NCBI GenBank assembly: GCA_044892505.1
Contig: CM097883.1
Location: forward strand, 83,514,001-83,578,000
DNA: 64,000 bases
Direction: 5' to 3'
Origin: Schmidtea nova
Taxonomy: Eukaryota
The position numbers were made by a program, and so were the translations under genes. Position 1 is the first letter of the stretch. Every line of letters starts with the position of its first letter. The notes under the pieces are model-generated. The model did no database searches and had not been told where the DNA came from. It worked only from the letters and a program-made list of their open reading frames with translations. This document shows, piece after piece, positions 1 to 10,800 of the stretch.

Positions 1-2
1 CA

Positions 3-164
3 GCAAAACAATATAAACAATGTTACATATGCGAAGACAGTGAAATCCAAATAATGTTTCTACCATGCGGACATTTTCGATTTTGTAAAAACTGTGCGAA
101 TAAGTGTGATGAGTGCCCCATGTGCAATTTCTCTGTAGCTGATAAAATTGTAGTTTATTTATAA
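3..164 (+). CDS. C-terminal IAP/BIRC-type RING finger (5'-partial; not in the ORF track)
   Basis: Frame 3 reads AKQYKQCYICEDSEIQIMFLPCGHFRFCKNCANKCDECPMCNFSVADKIVVYL*, matching the IAP RING pattern C-x2-C...FLPCGH..C..C.....CP.C ending a few residues before the stop. Confidence 0.85.
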   Translation, partial: AKQYKQCYICEDSEIQIMFLPCGHFRFCKNCANKCDECPMCNFSVADKIVVYL

Positions 165-636
165 TAAATATTTAGAGTGTTAATATATTGTATCGAATGA
201 CAAAGTCAAGGGAGCAATCAACAATGTTAATTAATTTTTGAGCTACTATCAAGTAGTCCGTTAAGCACCCATTGGGAGGTACCAGTTGATCAACCCACTC
301 GGGGTATATAGAAAGGGGCCAATCGCAAATGTTGGAAAGCTTTTGTGATGTGATTGATCACCACATCCCGCATTAGTAGACCAACGCGATCTTTTTGTAT
401 ATTTTGGTTGGGGAGAGAAATAGGGAAACCCTGATGAGGTAAGATGCGCGCAGAGAAAATAATAAAAATTGAATTATGACTGATCAGCGAAAGAATTAGT
501 AATAAAACAAAGAATCGAGGAATTATAGAGAAAAATAAGAGGTGCATAATCAGCTTGCATGAAATTGAGAGAACTCAGCTGAGAAATTGTAGTCGCTAGC
601 GAAGTTAAGAATTACGATTAACCGGTTAAGGAAAAG

Positions 637-880
637 TTATCAGCGGTTTGTCCCTTGAAACAAAGGGTTATTAGAATTTGTCCCTTGAAACAAAGGGTTA
701 TTAGAATTTGTCCCTTGAAACAAAGGGTTATCAGCGGTTTGTCCCTTGAAACAAAGGGTTATTAGAATTTGTCCCTTGAAACAAAGGGTTATCAGCGGTT
801 TGTCCCTTGAAACAAAGGGTTATTAGAATTTGTCCCTTGAAACAAAGGGTTATCAGCGGTTTGTCCCTTGAAACAAAGGG
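637..880 (+). repeat. Tandem array of 8 units of 30/31 bp (order A B B A B A B A), each with a CCCTT-GAAACA-AAGGG hairpin
   Basis: A = TTATCAGCGGTTTGTCCCTTGAAACAAAGGG; B = TTATTAGAATTTGTCCCTTGAAACAAAGGG. Confidence 0.97.
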
Positions 881-882
881 TT

Positions 883-1040
883 GAGGCCAAAGAGCCATAT
901 TGAATGACCTAGCTAGGCGTTATTGAGAGATATGATTTAAGGCCAATAGAGCCATTTGAGATAATAAGATATGAATTTGAGGCCATAAGAGCCATTTGAG
1001 ATAATTGATATTAATTAGAGGCCAAAGGAGCCAATAGGGA
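883..1040 (+). repeat. Four degenerate AGGCCA-x-AGAGCCA repeats in the element leader
   Basis: GAGGCCAAAGAGCCAT, AAGGCCAATAGAGCCAT, GAGGCCATAAGAGCCAT, GAGGCCAAAGGAGCCAA. Confidence 0.75.
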
Positions 1041-1053
1041 TATCCGGATATAT

Positions 1054-1270
1054 AGTAACGGAGGGAATATAGGCCAAGGGTTACAATTGTTGAGTAGCAA
1101 CGGAGGGAATATAGGCCCAGGGTTGCAATTATTTAAAATTAAAGGAAGATAGTAACGGAGGGAATATAAGCCCAGGGTTACAATCGTTTGAGTAGCAACG
1201 GAGGGAATATAGGCCCAGGGTTGCAAGTGATAAGAAATAACAACAGAGGGAATATAGGCCCAGAGTTGTG
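1054..1270 (+). repeat. Five spaced copies of AACGGAGGGAATATAGGCCCAGGGTT(A/G)CAA
   Basis: Copies begin near 1057, 1099, 1154, 1197 and 1242. Confidence 0.9.
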
Positions 1271-1817
1271 ATCGTCGACGATAATGAGAATAGTGCGCAC
1301 CGATAATAGAGAAATGCGAGTAAAGCTGATTATGCGACCTAAAATAATGCATGCAAGTAGAATTGAGAAATAGGAGCTGACCGGAAAGACCGGCAGAATT
1401 AATAATTAGAGGCTAGCAGAGAGAAAGATAAAGAGATGATAAAATAATAATCGAGTCAAATGACTCAGGGAATTAGAGCGTTCGAACGACAAATAAATTG
1501 GGAGACCGCGGGAAAAATAATTGATGTATTTTAATAACCGATAGATAATTGTTATGACTAAATAGATAATTGTGACTAGTATATAGATAATTTAAATAGA
1601 CTTAAATAAAGGGGAATCTGGGAATGGGGAAAAATAATAGAAACCCAGTAATGAGAAGTCCCGTAAAAAGGGAATAAAAGCGCAACGATAACAATAGAGT
1701 ATCGTTGAAGTGACATTTGTATTTTAGATAAATCAATCAAACCAAACCAAGCAACCAAGGAAGAAAAGAATCGGAACACGATAAGACAGGAAAATTGAGT
1801 ATACAAAAGTAATCCCG

Positions 1818-4800
1818 TTGAGAAAAGGAGAAAAGAGTGTCATAATAAAACCAGCAGAAAAGAATAAAGCTACCAAGAATAATAATCAGAAAGGCCTAAA
1901 AGGAAGTAAAGCAAGGCAGATAATAATACAAAAGTCGATTATCGAAAACGATAAATTATCAGTAACAAGCAACAGTTCAAGCAACAAAGAAAATCAAGCA
2001 GAACCCGAGAGAAACCCAATAAGTGAAATAGAAGTCGACAAAACCAACAACGATTATATAGAAGAAATAGAAGACGAAGTAGAACAAGAAACAGAAAGTG
2101 ACGATACCGATAACGATAGTAAAGCATCAGATAACGAATCAGCAAAAGAAACTGAGATCGACCGAAATTCGAGTGACGAACCTAACAGTGAACTAGAAAC
2201 AAGAGGAAACGAAAGTAAAATAACTACAGACAGCGGAATTGAAATGAGCGAACCCAGAGAAGAGATAAAAGACAAATTTTCCGGAGAACCGTTTAATGGA
2301 GATGCGAGTAAATTAGAAACTTTCTTAAAGGAATTTGGCATATTCGTGGAAGTATGCAAGTGGAAACCAGAAACAACTGTAAGCAGAATTCAGCTATATT
2401 TGAAAGATAGCGCATTAGATCTATATTTGGAAGCAAAAAATGGAACTAATCCACCTACAAGTTGGTCAGCGATAAAGGACTTTTTCCAACAAACCTTTGG
2501 AATAAACAAAGTATTGAATGAGGCATTCACGGAATTCTCAATGAGGAAACAAAAGATAAATGAATCGAATGCGGTATATGCAAGCGAATTAAAAAAGTTA
2601 GCAAAGTTGATTTTCAATCAAGACAGTCCAATAAATGAAGAGTTAATGGCAGCTATCTTTGTGGGAGGATTAAGAAGACCCGACATAAGAGCGCAAGTTG
2701 GATGTCAAGGGTGTAAAACTATTGACCAAGCATTAGAAACAGCTAATAGATTTGAACTACACATGATAGGAAATGATGGTAGAATCTATTTAGCTATGGA
2801 TACAGCACAAAACGAACAAGAAGTGAACCTGAATAACCACATTCCAAATTCACAACAATTAAACCGACCACCACCGCAACGAAGGAATGAAGGGAATAAA
2901 GTATCAAATTTCGGAAATCAAAGCAATTACAACCCCCAAGGACCAACGAAACAATGCAAAACATGTGGGAAATTGGGACATTGGCAACAAGAATGTTATC
3001 AGAACTTGAATTGTGGAAAATGTGGAGTAAAAGGGCATTCAGAGAGCAGATGTTACACAATAACCTGTTTTAATTGTGGACGACCTGGACACCTATCAAG
3101 AAATTGCGGACAAAGAAGCAATCAACGAGGAAACTGGCAGAATACCGGAAACCGACAAAACTATGGAAACCAACCAACTGGTGGAAACCGACAGAATTAT
3201 GGGAATCAGCCAAATAATGGAAACCAACCGGAATACGGAAACCAACCAAATAGTAATAATAATAACCAAAATAAAAATACCACTAAAGAGATACATCTAA
3301 TGCAAGAGGTTCAAAGATTGACGGAGCTGATAAACAATACAACCAGAGGAAATCCACAAACAGGTCAACAACAAATCAATATGATGAGAAAAATAGAAAG
3401 CGAAAACGAACGATTGAATCGGGAAAGTCAAGCACGACATGCTCAGGAATGGGCAAGAGTACAAAGAGAAGAGGAACAAAAACAGCAAGAAAGAGAACGA
3501 CAACCTCTAAGAATTAATATGATGAGAGCAACCAATCAAGCAAATACCCACGAGAAAGAGACTGTGCCAGAAATAAATCCAACAAACCTGAATCCAACCA
3601 ATAACGAAAGTCGAAAAGAAATAGTACCAGGAAGCGAAGAAACAGAAATAGAAAAGGAAGTGGAAACAGAGGCAAACCAGGAAGAGAAAAGAATGATTTG
3701 GAAAAAGGGAATGATGGTAATCCTGCCAAACGGTCATATGTTTCGATTCCAATATAACATAAAGGAAGAAGTAGGAACATTGTTCAACAAAGTGAATGAA
3801 ATGGCTCCAGGAGTAACGAAACTGCCCAGAGAAGCATTCCTAAAAATAGAAGGTGCACCAGAAGTAAAATTGAAACTAACGGATACATGGGAAAACATGG
3901 GAGTAGTAGAGACAAAAAGAAATGTGATGGTAATCAAGGAAATGGAACCGGAAGGAATTCCATCGCCAGTGCGTCACGAAACACGAATCAGTCGAATATT
4001 TAAAGGGAAAATGATACGAAGACGGTTGGGAGAAATAGACGAGTTAGAACGAAAAATGAGAAAGGTCGAAGTAGTAGACGACAAGAGTGAATCAACACAA
4101 AAAGCTATTAAAAGTGAAACAAGACCAACGGAAAATACACCAAGTGAAATCAACCAAATAAAACACATTAACATGTTGAGAGGCCAGGCAAAGAATTTTT
4201 CAGATGACGAAGAGGATAGTGACGTCAGTAGTCTAGCAGGGGACATGCTAAACGAACCGGAAATTGAAGACAAAAAGATAGAAGTAGTAAAGACACCAGA
4301 AACTATTCAAGTAAAAGAAGACGAGATCCAGAAATTACTAGATAATGCGCTAGAAGTAATATATAATGAGGAATTCATTGACAAGAAACACTATCGGAAA
4401 TTCATGAGAGCGATATTACAAATGAACTATAAAGAGTGGTTACCAGGCCGGGAAGTAGAAACACTAAGCCAATACGTAGGAAAATTATTAAAAGAACCAC
4501 TCCATGAATATATAATCCTAATAGAGATAAAAACATGCTTGCCAAGGATTTGGATCAAAACTCCACTCACGGAAGATATTTACCAATGGGTAGAAGACAG
4601 ATTAGGGAGCTCGTACAAGAACAAATTCCTCTATTCACAGAATGGACTAGTAAAGAAAAGGACGCATTTGATAGAAACAGGCATATGGCCAGGAGAGGTG
4701 ACAACATTATCGATATGCGATGATAAGAGAGAAGAGAACCTACAAGAAGTAGCAAAGGAAGCGAATACGTGTTTCGAGAAGAAGATAAAACCACGGTTAG

Positions 4801-7800
4801 AATATGAGAAAGGACGAATCTTACGAGGAAATCTAAATTCCATGATAGAACAAATCATCCCACAAATCAAAAAACATAGAAAGGAGTTAATGAGAAGCGA
4901 ATACGAAAGGTTGAAACGATGTATCGAGTGCATACGTGACACAAGTCACACGAGATGGTCACAGATCTCATACGGAAAAGTAGTTGCCAAAATGGGAAAA
5001 GCAATGTTCAGACAAGGGAAAATAACAGATCTAAAAATTTCAGTGGAATTGCCTAATGAGGATACCAAAGAAATTGAAGTGGTAGCAGATTGTACCATAA
5101 AAGAATTAGTAAATGTCATCAACGAGACCCTATTACAAAGAGAACCAGAAGAAGAATGGGAAGATGACATAATCATGAAATACAACGAACATGTATTATG
5201 GGATCACGATGAAAGACGGCTATATAAAATTGGTATATGGGATAATCACCAAACCATCCACGTTATCAGAATGGACGATACACCAAGAGAAACTGCTAAG
5301 GATGAGAAAAGAGAACGGGAACGACAAAAAGAAGTTGTGCATAAATTACAACAAATAGTAGACATTTATCGAAATTGGCGGATTTGGCCAGAATGGGAAG
5401 ATGTATTAGAAGAACTCAATCTCAACAGACGATTACGAACACCTGTAGAAAAACAATGGAACGAACGAGGAAAATGTTGGGAACCAAAAGCAGGCGAATA
5501 CGAAGAGGAATACGGAATAGGAATAGAAGACGATCACAAACCGGAAACCGGAAGAGTCTGTATGGTAACAAGAAAAGCCATGCCAGCAGATTTAGACGGA
5601 CCAGAAACAACAACCATGTGGTTGGAAAGAGAGAAACAAAAAACGGAAGAATTTGTCGAAATATTAAAAACCAATGCGCACGGCAAGAGAAAATTAGTAA
5701 AAGGTCTCGCAGATTTTTTCGTAGTTAACGGAGAAGACATAACCTGCCTGCGTAAAGTAGCAAAAGCAATCGCCGAATACAAAAGAGTTAACGAGTGGTG
5801 TCCAGAACAATTGGATCAAGTAATTAAAAAATGGAGAAACCAAGAATTCTCGCAGGAATCGCCACAGAAAGTACACCTAAGAATAGTATATCCGGACCAG
5901 GAAAAAGAAGAGTTTTGGGTAGGGATAGCGGAGAAAGTTCGAGACATTAAAAAGAAATTGAGATATGAACCACCATTCCATTTACAACACCAAGGACGAT
6001 CATTAGATAACAGCTTAGAAATTGGAATAACGCCAGCGCAATTAGATATCGCAAATACATTGACAGTAGCAGCAATAGCAGGTCAACCATTGAAATTGAA
6101 AGAGGAAAAGAAACCAAAAGGAAGTATGAGTACGCCGAGCCCAATGAAATCGGTAATGACTCCAGGAACAAGCTCAGAACAAGCTAGAACAACACCAAGA
6201 GAGACAAGAGAAAGAACACCACCAGAACCATACGATGTAGACGAAATTTTTACAGATAGCGATGATATGTTAGAGGAGTTAATAGAGCTAACAAAAGAGA
6301 AAGATGATAACATTTTCGAAAGAATCCAAGAATTACCAACAGCAATACCGGTAACCAACACCGAAGATGAAGTCGAACAAGAAATAATCATAGAGGAAGT
6401 AAATGAAATAGCAGAAGAGGAAGCAAGGAGGGCAAATGTAGAAAATGTACAATTCACACAAGAAATGGAAAGATGGTTAGAAGAAAGAGCCAATGAACCA
6501 AGAGACGTCACAGAAGAAACTGGACGAGAAACAAGATTAGTAGAAACGGGCACGACAATGGATAAACGACCTAGAGGTAGACCCAAGATGGATCCAGCAA
6601 ATGTAGTTATAAAATCAAGAGAGGAAAAAAGACGGGATCAATGGGATTTGTGTTTAAAGAAACTAAATAAAATAGCCGAAACGAAAGAAAAAGAAACAAC
6701 ACAAACATACCAAGGCGAAGAATGGATATCAAAGACGTTAATGGAAATACTAGCAATAATCGATCCGGAATTAAAGAAATGGTGGAGAATAAACGAAATA
6801 AGCGAAAGGGCGAAATCACTGCATAGCGCCATCGCACCAATCCTACCAGAACTAATAAAAGAGAAGACAAGGTCAAACCACCTAGATTGGCAAGGAACCA
6901 CGATGTTGATAAAGAAGTTAACGGAAGGAGCAGAGACGGATAACAAATATTTAATAGCTATGGCATACACCATTTACAATCTGCTGACACTGAGTAGAGG
7001 TCGACTGAAACCCACAGCACTTGAAAGACATATAAAGAATACAGCCAAAATTATAGAGAAGGAAATAGAACCGTACATCATCAGTAAAGGAGGATGGGAA
7101 ACATTCACAAAAACGAACCAAAAGAAAAACCAAGCCAAAAATATGAAAAGGAAATTCGAAGAGATATTGGGAGAATTGGAAAAGGAAAAGTCGGGAACAG
7201 GAAACGGGAAATCATCACTAAACTTGAGTTCTATCATTATGATGATGTTAATATGGATGATTAGTACTGACGGAGCAACAGCATTTGAAGTATTCGATTG
7301 TGATCAAATGGCATTAGGTGAGAAATATTCACTACGAGGGACAGAACAATGTAAGGACGCAACCCCAACGGAGCTAAAAACATTAAAAAAGAGACAATTA
7401 TACCACGTATATCAGGAAGCTGAACTGATAAGAACAATGGTCAGAGAATGCAAAGTTTATAAAACCAGATTTGCTTTTTATTGTGGGCACCGCCATTATT
7501 CAGCAATCGTGATGCCAGGAACGGAAAGAGAATCGGTAATGCTGCAAGGAGAAGACTGTGAAAAATTATTCAAACATGGAGAAGTAGAGACTAGAGATAG
7601 AGTAAAGATAAGAGGAAAAACGGGAGTGATATTACAACAAACATATTATGTAGCAGGAGCTATTACGGGAGGAGAAGGGTACTGCCAAGGAGCAACATAT
7701 CCAATATTCGGAGTAGCAGCAACAAACCTAGTGGTAATAGATACCTATACAGTAGAATTAAAAACGTACGAGGCATTCTTCGATCCAACAACGGGAGAAA

Positions 7801-10800
7801 TGAAAACCCTGCCCATGTGCAAAATTGAGTCAAACACTTGCCAAACCGGTATGTCAACCTTAACATACCAGATACGAGGAAAGGAATGTCAACTACAACT
7901 GTTAAAGGAAGCAGAATTCGATGAGATACAAGGGAAAACCTTCCAAGAGGAAGAAGAAGACGAGGCAGCAAGAGGAAAAATACTTCAAGACACCGTACGG
8001 GGAGAGAAAAAGATTGAAACCCGAACACAAGAAAAACAAATTAAAATGAGAAATACACCAACGGTACTAATTACCTCAGATGCAGATATCGGAATGAGGT
8101 TTGTAAAAGGAAAAACAGCCTTGAAATGCGGAGTAGCCATGTTGGAAACCAACTACCCCGGCATTTTTGTATCAAAACAAGAAGTACCTAGTGCGAAACG
8201 CAAAGTACACACGAACGATGTTAAATTACACCTGTACATGAACAATAAAATGGATTTTCTATTCCATAGAGGACAAGCGTCACTACAAAAAGTGTATTAC
8301 GATTTAATTAACAACGATTGCATATTAAATAGGGAAATATTAAAGACAAAATTAGCAGTAGCAATCACAAACCCGGATAGTGCAATGCCATTATTACCAT
8401 TAAGAGAAGGTCATTTTGGAAGGGTAGTCGGAGAGGTCATGTACGTATACATATGTAAAAAGACGAACGCAAAAGTAGCGACAATGACAAAACTACAACC
8501 AAGTCAGTGTACTAACGAACTAGAAATCGAATATAAAGGGAAAGTAAGATATGTGCAACCAGTGACAAGAATCATAAATCCAGTAAGCTTCGAACCAAAC
8601 CCTTTCAATTGCAGCAACGCATATGGACCACTATACCAAAAACCAGACGGGAATTGGGTTATGTTTCCGTCAAGAACAGAGGTACCAGCACCAAGAGAAT
8701 TTGAATTAATGCAACTATCAAAAGGAAGAAAATTTAAAGACGTAGATGTAAGCAATATGGGATTCTATAGTGCAAAGGATTTAGAAGCAGCAAGACAAAA
8801 CATACTATTTCCGGCAAGACGAGAAGCGGTGTTATCCAGTATTGTAACAATAACAGGAGGAACAAATTACCAAGGTGGACCAAATTACGAATTATTATTG
8901 TCACCGGCCCACTTTAAGAAGGCAACGGAAAACATGATGAAAGCGATGTGGGGAAGATTTTTAATATTTGGACAAATGATGGCAGGAATACTTGGTGTTA
9001 TACTAATTATACAAATAATACGGGTAATAATAACGCAAATGTTAGCCTGTTTTGACATCTATAAACGAGAAAAGAAAGTAAATTGGAAATTGGTGGTAGG
9101 ATTCTTACCATTTTTGGCTAAAACAATGGTATTACACGGTCATTCAAAAGATATTCACCGAATAAAGAGACTCCTAAAAATACTGGCAAAAATGAAAGGA
9201 ACCGATGAAGAGGTGGGACGAAAATTTAAAAAGATAATGAATAACGAGCAAGCAAGACAACAACTAAAGAAAGAGAGAAAAGGACTATGGGAAAGAATGA
9301 AAGGGTACAGAACCCAAGACGATTCCAGTGACGACGATGATGATGATAACGAAGGAGGTCAAGTATTTAAAAATCAAGTACCACAGTACGTCGAAAAGAA
9401 TCCAGCGGAAATGTGGAAGTGTTACGCACCCCCACCAACCATGTACCAAGAACCAACACCAGGGATGAGACAAAATACAATGCAAATGATGCCGATGACA
9501 AACATATATCCTATGATACCAGAAGACTATAGAACGAGACGGTGCAGAAGCGTAGATCCGCAAGGAGACTCACATACAATTGCAGTAATGTCATCAAACA
9601 CCGGTCCAGTATTAACTACAACAATCGAGATTAACGGAAGAGAAATTGAAGCGATGATTGATACAGGAGCAAATATCTCAGCAATAGATATAAAATGGAT
9701 ACCACAAGAACAAAGACGGGATATCGAGAGAACCAACGTTCATGTAATAGCATGCAGTAAAGAAGTAGTAGAAGTTGCCGGAAGATGGTGGGTAAAGATA
9801 AAACATCAAAACACAGAAATCGAAACGTACGTAGCAGTAATACCAGCACTAAGCGTACCATGCATTATAGGCACAGATTTAATGCCAGCATTATTTAAAG
9901 AAATAGTTATTGACCTGGGAACAATGAGATTGAAGGATAGGACAGGACAGATATGCGCAATAGAAGCAAAAGTAACAAGTTCGAAACAAATAATCGTACC
10001 AGCACGGAGAGAGAAAATATGTTTCGTAAAAATAGATCCTACAATAGAAGGTGACATGATCTTTGAACCCAGTAAAAGATTTGAAAAGAGAAAGTCGTTG
10101 CCAATGGCAAGAGGATTAGTGAGTGCGAATGACAACGGAGAAATCCCAATAAATGTAGTAAATTTCGATGAAGAGGATAAAATAATTTATGAAAATGAAA
10201 GACTAGGTAAACTAACTCCAATGATAGATATCGAAATACCAATAAAAGAAGGAGTAAAAGAGGAGGAACCCACCTGGAACATTGATAGCCAACTACTAAA
10301 TGAGGATCAAAAGAAACAGCTAGAAAGGTTACTGATGGAATATAAAGACATATTCGCAGCATCCGATTTAGATCTAGGGACATGCGACGTCACACTACAT
10401 ACGATTCCACTAACAGACGAAACGCCTATTGCGTTAAGACCATACAAGTTAGCTGAAGCGCAAAAATCAGTAGCAGAAGCAGAAGTACAGAAAATGCTAG
10501 ACGCAGAAGTAATTGAACCAAGCTGCTCACCGTGGCAATTCCCAGTTGTAATGGTGAAAAAGAAAGACGGAACACAACGGTTTTGTATTGATTATCGGAG
10601 ATTAAATGCGGTAACAAAAAGGGATACATACCCATTACCAGACATCAACGAGATGTTATTGACATTACAAGGAGCGGCATATTTTACATCATTGGATTTG
10701 AAAAGCGGATACTGGCAAATTAAAATGAAGGAGGAAGACAAAGAGAAAACTGCTTTCACTATCGGAAGAGACTTGTACCAATTTAGGAAAATGCCATTTG

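Noticed and set aside
425-470. CTGATGAG...GAAA hammerhead-like motif
   Set aside because: No stem II pairing between CTGATGA and GAAA, and no stem I/III partner.
637-880. CRISPR-like array (repeat contains TTGAAAC and a hairpin)
   Set aside because: Only two short recurring linkers instead of unique spacers; no cas genes; eukaryotic retroelement context.
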